Shown here: one piece after another, positions 45,851 to 59,790 of the stretch
Layout: every line of letters starts with the position of its first letter
Position numbering within the stretch: the stretch's first letter is position 1
Origin: Eledone cirrhosa
Taxonomy: Eukaryota
NCBI GenBank assembly: GCA_964016885.1
Contig: OZ024742.1
Coordinates: forward strand, 9,982,001-10,046,000
Length of the DNA: 64,000 nucleotides
Direction: 5' to 3'
Program-made: the position numbers and the translations under genes
The notes under the pieces: model-generated
What the model was told of the DNA's origin: nothing
What the model saw: only the letters and a program-made list of their open reading frames with translations
Database searches by the model: none

Positions 45851-46099
45851 GGTCGTGTTGTTGCTGGTGATGTCGTTAGTGGTGTTGCTGAAGGTGCCGA
45901 TGGTGATATTACAGGTGGAGGTGACGTTGTTGGTGATGGTGGTGGCAGTCGTGTTGTTGTTATGACTGTGGAAACCTTTTCTTCTGGGGTTATATGGAAC
46001 ATTCTACAGGAAGTTGTTCCCTATTCCATCGTGGGGCCTTGTTTTTGCTAATGTTCTGAACACATTATTATCAGATAGATTGTGTATATATAAGATGTA

Positions 46100-48155
46100 T
46101 ATCATAGTGTATATAGGGTATAACACGGTAGTGTATATAAGGTATAACACTGTAGTGTATATAAGGTATAACACTGTAGTCTATATAAGGTATAACATTG
46201 TAGTGTATATAGGGTATAACACTGTAGTGTATATAAGGTATAACACTGTAGTCTATATAAGGTATAACACTGTAGTGTATATAGGGTATAACACTGTAGT
46301 GTATATAAGGTATAACACTGTAGTATATATAATGTATAACACTGTAATATATATAAGGTATAACACTGTAGTGTATATAAGGTATAACACTGTAGTATAT
46401 ATAAGGTATAACACTGTAGTGTATATAGGGTATAACACTGTAGTGTATATAAGGTATAACATTGTAGTGTATATAATGTATAACACTGTAATATATATAA
46501 GGTATAACACTGTAGTGTATATAAGGTATAACACTGTAGTATATATAAGGTATAACACTGTAGTGTATATAGGGTATAACAATGTAGTGTATATAAGGTA
46601 TAACACTGTAGTGTATATAGGGTATAACACTGTAGTGTATATAAGGTATAACACTGTAGTATATATAATGTATAACACTGTAATATATATAAGGTATAAC
46701 ACTGTAGTGTATATAGGGTATAACACTGTAGTGTATATAAGGTATAACATTGTAGTGTATATAAGGTATAACACTGTAGTGTATATAAGGTATAACACTG
46801 TAGTGTATATAAGGTATAACACTGTAGTGTATATAAGGTATAACACTGTAGTGTATATAGGGTATAACACTGTAGTGTATATACGGTATAACACTGTAGT
46901 GTATATAAGGTATAACACTGTAGTGTATATAGGGTATAACACTGTAGTGTATATAAGGTATAACACTGTAGTGTATATAGGGTATAACACTGTAGTGTAT
47001 ATAAGGTATAACATTGTAGTGTATATAAGGTATAACACTGTAGTATATATAAGGTATAACACTGTAGTGTATATAGGGTATAACACTGTAGTGTATATAA
47101 GGTATAACACTGTAGTGTATATAGGGTATAACACTGTAGTGTATATAGGGTATAACACTGTAGTGTATATAAGGTATAACACTGTAGTGTATATAGGGTA
47201 TAACACTGTAGTGTATATAAGGTATAACACTGTAGTGTATATAAGGTATAACACTGTAGTGTATATAAGGTATAACACTCTAGTGTATATAAGGTATAAC
47301 ACTGTAGTGTATATAAGGTATAACACTGTAGTGTATATAAGGTATAGCACTGTAGTGTATATAGGGTATAACACTGTAGTGTATATAAGGTATAACACTG
47401 TAGTGTATATAAGATATAACACTGTAGTGTATATAAGGTATAACACTGTAGTGTATATACGGTATAACACTGTAGTGTATATAAGGTATAACACTGTAGT
47501 ATATATAAGGTATAACACTGTAGTGTATATAAGGTATAACACTGTAGTCTATATAAGGTATAACACTGTAGTGTATATAGGGTATAACACTGTAGTGTAT
47601 ATAAGGTATAACACTGTAGTATATATAAGGTATAACACTGTAGTATATATAAGGTATAACGCTGTAGTGTATATAAGGTATAACACTGTAGTGTATATAG
47701 GGTATAACACTGTAGTGTATATAAGGTATAACACTGTAGTGTATATAAGGTATAACACTGTAGTGTATATAAGGTATAACACGGTAGTGTATATAAGGTA
47801 TAACACTGTAGTGTATATAAGGTATAACACTGTAGTATATATAAGGTATAACACTGTAGTGTATATAGGGTATAACACTGTAGTGTATATAAGGTATAAC
47901 ACTGTAGTGTATATAAGGTATAATACTGTAGTGTATATAGGGTATAACAATGTAGTGTATATAAGGTATAACACTGTAGTGTATATAGGGTATACCACTG
48001 TAGTGTATATAAGGTATAACACTGTAGTGTATATAAGGTATAACACTGTAGTGTATATAGGGTATAACACTGCAGTGTATATAAGGTATAACACTGTAGT
48101 GTATATAAGGTATAACATTGTAGTGTATATAAGGTATAACACTGTAGTGTATATA
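46100..48155. repeat. 24-bp minisatellite
   Basis: ataaggtataacactgtagtgtat, about 85 copies. Confidence 0.95.
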
Positions 48156-50387
48156 AACATCCATTGTGTCACAGGTCTTCTGGAACGAGAATCGCTGAGT
48201 ATTGAATCACATAAAGATGTAAATATATATTACTGTAGTTTACGTTAGAGTTTTGAGTTCATCCTTTTAACTGCTTTCAACCGCACACACACACACACAT
48301 ACACACACATACACACACATACAGTCATACATACATGCAAAGTGTTGCATCTAATAACTGCATATACACATGTACAGATACAAAGCATATACACATGCAC
48401 ACATACAACTCAAAACATCCACATTCACACATACAATAACATCCATATCTACACATGCATACATACATACATATCTACCTAGTTGATGTTGTGTAAATTC
48501 CAATGAGAGAGTCTTGTGTCTATGTTAGAAACCGACTCTCTCTCTGTTGGGAACAAATTTGTGAAATTATAAAGCCAGAAGAACATACATACATACATAC
48601 ATACATACATACATACATACATACATACATACATACATACATGGTGGCTGCCAACTCGTTTTCGAGTACGGCCACTACTTTATATAGGAGAACCCCTACC
48701 GACGCGCAGAACGAGTGTGACTTTTTAGTCCAGCCAGCGACTTGAAAACTCTGGTACAAACACTACACTTGTGACAATTACTGACACATAGTGCTGGGCT
48801 CATGGTACCATGTGACGACAAGTGCAGAGGGATCACCAGATATAAAGCAATGCCTGTGCCATGAAGCTTTTATAGTGAACAAAGGCACTGCACAAAGCCA
48901 GTCCTACTCTCTTAACCAAGATGATATTTACCAAAAAGAAGAACAAGTCAACATCATTGGATACCATCAGAGTTGCAGGTGTTATATCAGAGTTTTCCTT
49001 CTCCTAGAATTCTGCCTTGACAAAGGCTAAGGGGTCATACACACACACGCACACAGATACACACACACACACACACATGCATGCATACATATACATAATA
49101 TATATACATACATATATACATATATGCATACATACATGCATATATATGAGGGGAGAGATATACACACACACGTATTTATATATATATAGATATATGTGTA
49201 TTTGGGCATGTGTGTAGAAACGTGTGTATATAAGGGTGAGTTTACTCAGCAGCCCTCTTTTGCCGATTGTCGGTAGATTTCTTTACACATGTTAGTTTAT
49301 CTCATGTTTTTGCGTGTGTTCTTCTACATCATGCCGACTCTTCTTTACATTTTAAATATAATTTTGACGTTTATGCCTCTCGACGTGTTTATTGCTATTT
49401 CAATATCTTTGAACTTCGACCATCTTTTGATTTCCTTCCGGGAGATATTTTGATTAGAAACCATCGTCATCTTTCACAAAGATTCTCACTACTCTGCTTG
49501 ACAATTATATCTGGCCAGGAATGTTTCAGGTCATTACAGCCTTGTTGTTATCATGAGCCATATCTGCTATATAACACATCTAATGCGTTTTTAGATCAAA
49601 TGTCATCATAATATCCAGTGGACATAGATATTTCTTCGATAGTGCCTGTGGATATACTCGGATTTTACATGGCCTAAACAAGCAGAAATAATGTGACTAA
49701 TTCTATCATTATGTTGGTGGCAGAGACTGCACTTGATATTAATTTCATCTTATAGTTATTTGCGACTTGGCATTGATCCTGTGCAGCTAAAATAAGACTA
49801 TTAATTTCCACTTTTATCCCAAAGCTCTTCAGCTATTATTGCTTTTCTCTCTAGCTTACACCCTCTACTTCAAGTCTGGCAGGGTATTGGTTATAGACTC
49901 TTTCTTGTCTCCATTTTTATGTTTCTATATTTTAGAATTTCATCTCTTGTTTCTGTTTTTTCATATTTTCTATTGTTTTGTTCGGAAATAAATCTGTTCT
50001 TTTTTTTTTCTTTCATATAGTTAACTTCCACGGTGTATTTTGTTTTCCTATATAGAGAGACACGTTCTTCTTTATTTTAGTTTGTTTTTTGTTTGTTTTC
50101 TTCCTGGTCCTTTATTGGTCCAACTGCTATGTGTTTACTTCTTAATATTATTATAATCCTTCTCTTGTTTCTGTTTTGTAATTATTTATTACTACAATGC
50201 CCCTACCTCACTGTGTACAGAACAATGTAAATATGAGGGGGTGATCTACAACACTTATGTCAAACCAAATCTTTCAAATCACCAACAATTCTAATCTATA
50301 TTTTCCTATTTAAGCTTTTCATAATAATTTATTCAACTTCCAAATTACTCAGCTGATGATATATTGGAGATGGTTAATGCACCAATC

Positions 50388-50527
50388 AGTGAGTGTGTTC
50401 TGTTATTATTTATGGCAATATTACAACAATATGACCCTCCCCAAGTACAACAATATATATATTGTTGTACTTGGGGAGTGTCATATTGTTGTAATATTGC
50501 CAGAAATAATAACAGAACACACTCACT
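50388..50527. repeat. 140-bp palindrome centred on a short (TA)n; single-arm homolog at ~35418-35490
   Basis: agtgagtgtgttctgttattattt.. / ..aaataataacagaacacactcact. Confidence 0.88.
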
Positions 50528-50528
50528 T

Positions 50529-51871
50529 TGTCTAGTTTATGTATATGTAAATCTTTATATTTGATAATCTCCCATATGGTTGAGATGCAATTTAGGCAGT
50601 ATCAGGCTGCGCTTTCTGGCAACCAGCCCTCTCGCCGTAAAGCACCAATCACATACTTTCTCACTTGACCACTGGCTACGTCACAGTTCTTAGCCATTTT
50701 GAATTCGTTTCTGGTGGGGATTATTTAAGAAAAATCTTCGTCCATTTGAGTTTGTTTCCTGATGATTTCGAAACTCCTGAATTTATCCTTGATATTTCCA
50801 AAAAGCGAATGAAATCTCATGGGGTAGAAACATAATTTTGGTATGCTTATACACATTTTTTCTTCTAACTTTGATTTTGTACCTAATTGTGTATGGTTGA
50901 CGATATATCTACTCGATTTCCACGTGCTATTAGAAATGGTGGGTAAATATTCTATGGCTGTTGATCGCGGATAGATAGCTATCGTTTATTTATATATTGT
51001 TTCTTCATAGGTGCCTTTTAATCTTATAACCCTGTTTAATTGGGGGTTTTTTTGTGTGGTTGATTATGCTGATTGGGAAAGGAAATAATGTATATATTTT
51101 ATCAAATGATTCTATGGACATACTTTATCATATATATATATATATATAAAATATAGAGGTTTACATATACATAAACTAGACAGAGCCATATATATATATA
51201 TATGTTTTTGGCAACCATTCACGGTGTGGCTCAATGACGAATTAATTAATTAAATAATCAACAATCAGAGCAATATATAAGAAAGTAAGTCCATAGAATC
51301 ATTTGATAAAATATATACAGTATTTCTTCTCCCAATCAGCATAATCAACCACATAAAAAATCAATTAAACGAGGCTATAAGTTTAAAATGCACCTATGAA
51401 GAAACAGTAGATAAATAAATTATAGCTATTTTATCCGCGATCCACAGTCACAGAAGATTTACCTAGTATTTCTAATAGCCCGTAGAAATTGATTAGACAT
51501 ATAGTTAACCATACACAATTAGGTACAAAATCAAAGTTAGAAGAAAAAATGTACATAAACATACCAAAATCATGTTTCTACCTCCGGGGGTTTCATTCGA
51601 TTTTTGGAAATATCCGATCATGGATGAATCAACGAGTTTCGAAATCATCAGAAAACAAACTCAATTGGACAAAGATTTTTCTTAAATGATCCGCACCATA
51701 AACGAATTCAAAATGGCTAAGAATTGTCATGTGGCCAGTGGTCAAGTCAGAAAGCTTGTGATTGGTGCCTGACTGCGAGTAGGCTGGTTGCTAGAAAGCG
51801 CAGCCGAATACTCCCTAAAGTTTTACTCAACCTTACGGGAGTATATAAAACATATAAAGTATATAAAACAT

Positions 51872-51919
<48 letters not shown>

Positions 51920-52508
51920 GCTCTGTCTAGTTTATGTATATGTAAACCTCTATATTTTATATACTCCCGTAATGTTGAGTACAACTTTAGGCAGTATTCG
52001 GCTGCGCTTTCTAGCAACCAGCCTACTCGCCGTCAGGCACCAATCACAAGCTTTCTGACTTGACCACTGACCATGTAACAATTCTTAGCCATTTTGAATC
52101 CGTTTCTGGCGAGGATTATTTAAGAAAAATCTTTGTCCAATTGAGTTTCGAAACTCGTTGATTTATCCATGATCGGATATTTCCAAAAAAGCGAATGAAA
52201 CTTCATGAGGTAGAAACATGATTTTGGTATGTTTATGTACATTTGTTCTTCTAACTTTGATTTTGTACCTAATTGTGTATGGTTAACTATATGTCTAGTC
52301 AATTTCTACGGGCTATTAGAAATACTAGATAAATCTTCTGTGGCTGTAGATCGCGGATAAGAAGCTATCATTTATGTATCTATTGTTTCTTCATAGGTAC
52401 ATTTTAAACTTATAGCCTCGTTTAATTGATTTTTTATGTGGTTGATTATGCTGATTGGGGGAAGAAATACTGTATATATTTTATCAAATGATTCTATGGA
52501 CTTACTTT

Positions 52509-52510
<2 letters not shown>
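50529..52510. mobile_element. Three copies (+, -, +) of a ~600-bp non-coding element separated by (TA)n
   Basis: 50529-51125 (+), 51280-51845 (-), 51917-52510 (+); an extra inverted end piece at 51148-51190. Confidence 0.85.
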
Positions 52511-52539
<29 letters not shown>

Positions 52540-52546
<7 letters not shown>

Positions 52547-53713
52547 AATAATGGAGCTGCGGCGCTGCAAATGGGTTACATATGAAAAAGTTTGTCCTCA
52601 TCAGTGGCCATCCAACCGTGGTAGGCATTTCGTCGCATTAAAAGCCATATACCTCAGGTTGATGCGAGCAACGGCTAAAAAAAAGTCGTTGGAACACGTA
52701 AATAAAGGGGACGCTAGGGTAAACAAACAAAATGGTTTAAGCAGCAGAAAGTGATGAAGAAGGAAACAAGTCCCAGATTTCTATGAATATAAATTCGGTG
52801 GAATCGTGAACGAGAGAATAAAGACCATCAAACCTGGTTGAAATGTGAGCAAGGAAGGAATTTCGCACAGGTCTAACGGGAGGAAGAAGGGGTCTGGTCT
52901 GCGAATTCGGTAAACATAAGTTCTGTGAAGTCGCAGACGAGAGAGAGAAAAAAATTCATACCGGCTTGGCCAAGTGCCCGCGAGAAAAGGATTACGGACA
53001 GGTCAAACGGGAAGAAAGGGGAGGAGGAGAGGTAGTGACAGAGAGTGAGTGAGTGAAAGGTGAGGAAGAGGCTAACAGAGAGAGAGAAACTTTTTCATAT
53101 GTAACCCATTTGCAGCGCCGCAGCTCCATTATTATCATATTTACACATATATTTTTTCCTCCGCTGCCACCAGTCTGTTTCGTTCTTTGTGTCTTTACCC
53201 TTTCTAGCAGTCTCTCTCTCTGTTAGCCTCTTCCTCACCTTTCACTCACTCACTCTCTGTCACTACCTCTCCTCCTCCCCTTTCTTCCCGTTTGACCTGT
53301 CCGTAATCCTTTTCTCGCGGGCACTTGGCCAAGCCGGTATGAATTGTTTTCTCTCTCTCGTCTGCGACTTCACAGAACTTATGTTTACCGAATTCGCAGA
53401 CCAGACCCCTTCTTCTTCCCCCCGTTAGACCTGTGCGAAATTCCTTCCTTGCTCACATTTCAACCAGGTTTGATGGTCTTTATTCTCTCGTTCACGATTC
53501 CACCGAATTTATATTCATAGAAATCTGGAACTTGTTTCCTTCTTCATCACTTTCTGCTGTTTAAACCATTTTGTTTGTTTACCCTAGCGTCCCCTTTATT
53601 TACGTGTCCCAACGACTTTTTTTTAGCCGTTGCTCGCACCAACCTGAGGTATATGGCCTTTAATGCGACGAAATGCCTACGACGGTTGGATGGCCACTGA
53701 TGAGGACAAACTT

Positions 53714-53720
<7 letters not shown>
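52540..53720. mobile_element. Fold-back element: ~550-bp minus copy joined to a ~620-bp terminally redundant plus monomer, in (TA)n
   Basis: 52578-53087 is inverted relative to 53213-53720; aaactttttcatat occurs at both 53087 and 53708. Confidence 0.85.
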
Positions 53721-53792
<72 letters not shown>

Positions 53793-54778
53793 GGTATAGT
53801 GATATATGTAATAACAGATCGATAAGTTTCAAACAGCCAGTACAATACAGTAGGAGTATATAAAGGGCAAATGATGACAAATAAAACAAAACAAAGTAAT
53901 GTTTTACCCAGAGTGTTTTAACATATTTCAGGGTTGTCATCCACTTTTCAAATGTGAAGCTGGAATAGTTCAAAATTAAAACGAATGATCAGTGCTTTCT
54001 TCCTTAACTGACATACCAATTTAAATATTGGTTGAACGTGTGAATATTTGTAGATTTTCCAGCTGAATTCTATTTTCTCTAAATTTTTTTGGAACAATAT
54101 AGAGGACACTGTGTTGCTAAAGCCTAGGTAAATCTATTCTACAGGCCATCAACATAAAGGAAACTTAAGTGTCGGTCTACCTCGTGTTCCAGGCGGAGGA
54201 CAGGATTCAGAAGACATTGACCCGGAGAAACGCGAGTAAGATGCGTTGGAACAACCACTCCACCTCACAGGGTTAGTATATGTGGCGGGTAGCCATCTCC
54301 GCTGATGATTTACAATTTGTCCGAATCATTTATAACATTGATAGTTTCATTCAACAGTTTTATTAATGTTGTCACAACAAAGTAGGAGAAAAGAGCGGAT
54401 AAGGAATTTCTCTGAAATAATAATTTTTTTTTTAGGGGGAGAGGGCTGCATTTAATCAATTTTTCTGCAGCTTGTAGTAATGAGATTATTTTGAGATGAT
54501 CTGCTTGCATATAAACTAATTCCAGTGAATTTTGACGGCGAGATCTGTAACGAGCCTTAGAGACGATGTGGTCCCCTTGCCCACAGGTATTTCAGTTCGC
54601 AACTCCACTTAGTACGATATAGAAGGGGGAACCATTCGCAAGATCGTGACCCATGAGTTGAATTTTTTCACTTCATCTCCTACATCCCTTGGAGTAAAGC
54701 ATTCGCCCACTTGTCTACTGAGACCCTCAAGCAGCATTATCTAGCTGAGGTTTTATAAACGACATATAAGTGTCTCAC

Positions 54779-54906
<128 letters not shown>

Positions 54907-55466
54907 TCTATCTATATATATATATATGTCTCTCTCTTTATATATATATATATATATATATAGATATATATACATAATAGGGGGTATGTGTATGTATGTA
55001 AGTGGGTGTAAGTGTGTGTATATGTCTGAGGTGTGAATGTGTGTGTGTATGGGTTACATATATGTTAAACTGAAGCGTCAAATGTTTTATTTAAAAACAA
55101 CTACACTTCGGAACCTCGACCCTTAAATGATACCAAGTCAATCGACAAAAGGGAAACAACTTGAAATTTTGAAATTTTAAAGAAACGTGGAACACTTATT
55201 TTCTGTTAATATATTATGAAGACCTTTATATACACCCCATTTGAATATACTTTACTGATTTATGGTGATTTATTTAACAATACAGACACAATTCTGTGTC
55301 AAAAAATTCGACCTGCGCATTTTAATAGCTTAATTCTTAATCTATTCCAAGGACAAATATTATATATATTTTATTATTGTGTATATGTATTGAATAAATA
55401 AACATGCTAGCAGAATGTATGATGGAGTCAATATATATATATATATATATATATAAAGGAAGGTAT

Positions 55467-55509
55467 ACGTTGCTGACGATAGCTAATAAGCTTGAAACTA
55501 GTACAGCGT
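55467..55509 (+). ncRNA. Minimal type I hammerhead, same family as 22481-22523
   Basis: acgttg-CTGACGA-t agct aata agct t-GAAA-ctag-TA-cagcgt. Stem I substitutions keep pairing. Downstream 55510-55720 is homologous to 22524-22790. Confidence 0.85.
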
Positions 55510-55828
55510 TCCTTTGTCAGTGTTGAACAAACGAGCAACGATGGTTGCTAGACACTACGGCTTAATACGGGTTGTTTGTTTACAAACACACCGAGCATTA
55601 TAATAAATATTCGGTGAATCCATACGTACATATATATATATGTGTGCATGTATGTATATATATATATATACATACTACTGTACGTCTGTATACATATATG
55701 TATGTACGTATACATACTTATATATATAGAGAGAGATATATTATATATCCATCTTACTTTATTTTTCATATGTTGATTTAAAACTTCACTGATCACAAGT
55801 GTTTTTTAAGCTTCATATCATGTTTCCC

Positions 55829-55899
55829 TATTTTATCTGATGAGAAAGCAAATATCATCCCATGGTGATATTTGTTTTTGAAATGCGCATAATAAAATA
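55829..55899 (+). ncRNA. Hammerhead of the same family as 34302-34372, in element ~55770-55937
   Basis: tattttat-CTGATGA-gaaagcaaatatcat ccc atggtgatatttgttttt-GAAA-tgcgca-TA-ataaaata. Confidence 0.82.
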
Positions 55900-55934
55900 C
55901 TTGGAACTCTTTTAACCATCTTTTGATCTTATAT

Positions 55935-55970
<36 letters not shown>

Positions 55971-56577
55971 TAAACGTATTTCCTCTTAGTCATATGTTAT
56001 CTATATCAGTTCATGCTTTAAAAAGCCATGCCCTTTACATTCAGGAGCAGGAAGCGTCTTCTTAATTTATTTAAAGGAGACATAAATATTTTGAAACGGA
56101 AACCATGTTTCTTGTTTTCTTTTTCATTTCAAGATGTCACTATAAATCGTAACTCCAAAAGATTTTTAGGATGAATCATTAAAATATTTTATAGGAAAAC
56201 CAGATTAATTTTTCTTGGCGTTGAGGCTACAGAATTATAACTTCTAAAAACCTATAAACAACTTATTTGTATCTACCTGATATTGTTGTTATGATGATAT
56301 GTAGTAGATAAGACTGTAATTGAACATAACTCGTCGTCTAAATACATCATAGGTAGGAAAGATATACAAACCTATCTAAATGTGGAAATATGAAAGAAAT
56401 TACAAACAGATATAATAAAGTTAAAAATACAGTTAACACGACGGACATATTATATTTAATTGCAAAGTAATTCTCTCAAAATGTTGTAATGAAACATAAT
56501 TACATAACCACAAGGTATTGGAAAGAAACCACCCATTGCATTGTTTGTGTTTGCACAGTTTTAGACAAGATAGAATA

Positions 56578-56645
<68 letters not shown>

Positions 56646-56647
<2 letters not shown>

Positions 56648-57075
56648 ATGGGTGCTCTGAAATAGCGATGTATACATGAATTATGTATAGTATATGTGGT
56701 AATATACGGTATGTTTAATTAAAAACATTTTGAAGACCTTGCTCTATTATTTTAAAGTAGTGACTATGTCACTTCTTTTTTTCAGCAAAGAAAGGGAGAG
56801 AAGGTGACAGAATCTGTTTCACACTGTTGGTGTTCCTCAGAGCAACGTACTCGCCGACCTCTGCCGAAAATTATAGAGACTGCATTCTTATAAAATACCA
56901 GTAATAATCAGAAACTGACTATACAGAGCGATTGCCGGTCCAGCAAACATTAGGATTGGTGCTCTGAAATAGCGAATGTATGTATAGTATATTTGGTAAT
57001 ATATTTGTATAGTATATTTGGTAATATATTTGTTTGCTGGACCGGCAATCGCTCTGTATAATCAGTTCCTGATTA
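56646..57075. repeat. ~308-bp unit with partial direct repeat and inverted end segment
   Basis: ggtgctctgaaatagcga at 56652 and 56959; 56905-56949 inverted at 57031-57075. Confidence 0.7.
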
Positions 57076-57427
57076 GTTTCCATTCATTTAATATCATTGA
57101 ATATTATACTACAGAAAACTGTCGAGTGCTTTGAATCAGTTATAAACATTTATATTTGTTGAATTACCAACAAATTAAATATCCCTTTTGCTTATATATA
57201 TATACATATATAGGGTCATACTTTTTCCTATAAATATATATATATATATATATATGAAAAAGTATGACCCCCTACGGCAGCTCTGCCGTCGGGGTCATAC
57301 TTTTTCCTATTTCACACTCTACTACCCTAAGTATTGAGTACTCTGGTGCGTTATGGTCCATCTGGTTCCTTACCACAATTCCTTTGTTATATATATATAT
57401 TGTGTATATATATGGTTGACAAATTTA

Positions 57428-57471
<44 letters not shown>

Positions 57472-57980
57472 TAAAATTGTCAACCACCAACACGACTTCA
57501 TCAGACAACATCTTAAGTAATAAGGTTGCATGTAATATTTTCCATGCAGTACAGACAATGGACCAGGGGATGTGCTTTGATATAGGAGACATCCAGCTTG
57601 TCCGTCTCCTTGTGCAAAGGGAATCGCTGAACCCCACACATCTGAGATCATCCAGAACACCAAGAGAACTACAAACTAATTTTTATTTTAACTTTAAAAT
57701 AATGAGGGGGTATATTTTAATTATTTTTTGGCGCAACATTGTACAAAATGAGAGTTTCTCTACTCACAAAACAAAGTAGTAAACTTTATTCATATTTTGA
57801 AAGAGAAACTTTAAAAACGCGAACAAATAACCAAAACCATCAACAAACTTACGGAGCCCAAGCATTACATGTCTGATGTAAACATGAACAAATATACTAC
57901 TACTGCTTCTAATAATTATAATGATATTAATATTGACAACAGAAACAAAATACTACTACTACTACTTATAATAATAATAA

Positions 57981-58160
57981 TAATTGTTTCTACTTTTGGC
58001 ACAAGGCCAGCAATTTCCCAGTACATTACTGGTACTTTATTTTATAGACCCCGTAAGGATGAAAGGCAAAGTAAACCTCGGCGGGATTTGAACTCAGAAT
58101 GGCAAGGACCGTAACTCTATGCGTCAAAGCATGGCGTCCGACCCTCTACCGATACTGCCA
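57981..58160 (-). mobile_element. SINE, same family
   Basis: Reverse complement of consensus, flanked by (AAT)n. Confidence 0.85.
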
Positions 58161-58830
58161 ATAATAATAATAATATCATGCTCTGTTCGGAGAAAGCGAA
58201 ATATTGCAGATGTTGATACATTATTTAAAGTCAACGGAAACAGGAAATATCGAACGAAAATAGCAACAAGATGTAGCCAAATTTCTTAAATTTAGCTTCA
58301 TCTAAATTCACTGATATATTTGCGGGGTGGTATTTTGTTTCTCTTTCTTTTTTTTTTTTTTTTAGAATACTCAAATAATGACCTCGAGAATTTGATTTCC
58401 CTGAATTGTGGGAAGAATAAACACACTTCATTAAATTTCATTTTTTTTTTTTTTTTTTTTTTTTTGCAATCAAAAATATGAACTTAATAAATTGTAATAA
58501 GTTACTTTTTTAGGTTCCATAATTTCTGGATTGGAACGGAAGAATATTTCTGAGATTATTATTATTATTGTTTGTTGTCTTTGATTATTCCCAAATCAGC
58601 CCTGATCGAGCAGATTTCTGATCAAAGACATTGAAACTATGCCCATCCCTCACAATTTGCTATTCATAGTGTATTCCTTATATTATAGTGTGTATATCAT
58701 TAGAATGTTATTTGAAGGATTTTAACCTGCTATTTGTATCATGTCAAGTAAGCGTATTTGTTTGTGTTGGGGTCTCGCAGATGCAATATAAATAGGTGAA
58801 AATCTAGTATTAACGTTTAATAAACACTCA

Positions 58831-58877
<47 letters not shown>

Positions 58878-58904
58878 GATATATATATAGTTTTAATATA
58901 GATG

Positions 58905-58955
58905 AGATTCTACAGGACTAGAACTGTTTCATTCTTTAGAAATCATCAGGAATCT
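58905..58955 (-). ncRNA. Type I hammerhead ribozyme
   Basis: Reverse complement: agattc-CTGATGA-t ttct aa agaa t-GAAA-cag ttctagtc ctg-TA-gaatct. A decayed homolog lies at ~11036-11085. Confidence 0.8.
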
Positions 58956-58993
58956 GGGTATCAAAAAATAAGTATGGTATTTATAGGTCTCTC

Positions 58994-59029
<36 letters not shown>

Positions 59030-59034
59030 GGTGT

Positions 59035-59075
<41 letters not shown>

Positions 59076-59280
59076 CAGTTACCTAACATACATTAGAAAT
59101 ACATAATTCGCTCAACGGTTCTATAAATACGATTGCTTCTTTGTTATGTTAAAGTTATGCAACAATAACACGTGATAAGAGGAAAGGAGACCAACATAAA
59201 TATCTTAAGGTTATATCATGGTATCAATTGTGGTGCCCCAGTATGGCCTCAGCCAATAGGCAGGAACACGTAAAAGAGTA

Positions 59281-59469
59281 TAATTGTTTCTACTTTAGGC
59301 ACAAGGCCAGCAATTACCCAGTTCATTACTGGTACTTTATTTTATCGACCCCGTAAGGATGAAAGGCAAAGTCAACCTCGGCGGGATTTGAACTCAGATT
59401 GTAAAGGGACGTAACTATGCTGGAAAGCATGGCGTCCGACCCTCTACCGATACTGCCAATTCACCGCCC
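59281..59469 (-). mobile_element. SINE with target-site duplication
   Basis: Full-length copy; taaaagagtataat occurs at both ends (59271-59284, 59471-59484). Confidence 0.88.
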
Positions 59470-59790
59470 CTAAAAGAGTATAATGTTATCTATTTTCAGT
59501 GATTTAAGATAAATGACACTAATGAAATTATACAAGATATCAACTAAGGACTTGATATGTATTTATAACTTTATACAATCTGTATAAAAGAATATTCGCC
59601 AGAAATGTGTGAACAATCTTGATATAATTGCTGGTATTGATGTTGTTGTTGATGTGACCAAGTCAACTATGATAGAGTCTATATATTCCAACCATGACTA
59701 TCTAGACTTTCTCAGACACTTTGTTTATTTAGATTCATTAAAAGAAAACATTAAAATAATATATTTTTAAGATAGTGGGGCGAAACTGGA

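Noticed and set aside
38269-46002. Gly-, Val-, Leu- and Ser/Phe-rich ORFs
   Set aside because: Simple-repeat translations
46014-48248. 744-aa ORF
   Set aside because: Translation of a 24-bp minisatellite; open on both strands
53690-53720. CTGATGA as a hammerhead core
   Set aside because: No downstream GAAA or stem II; kept only as a note in the finding
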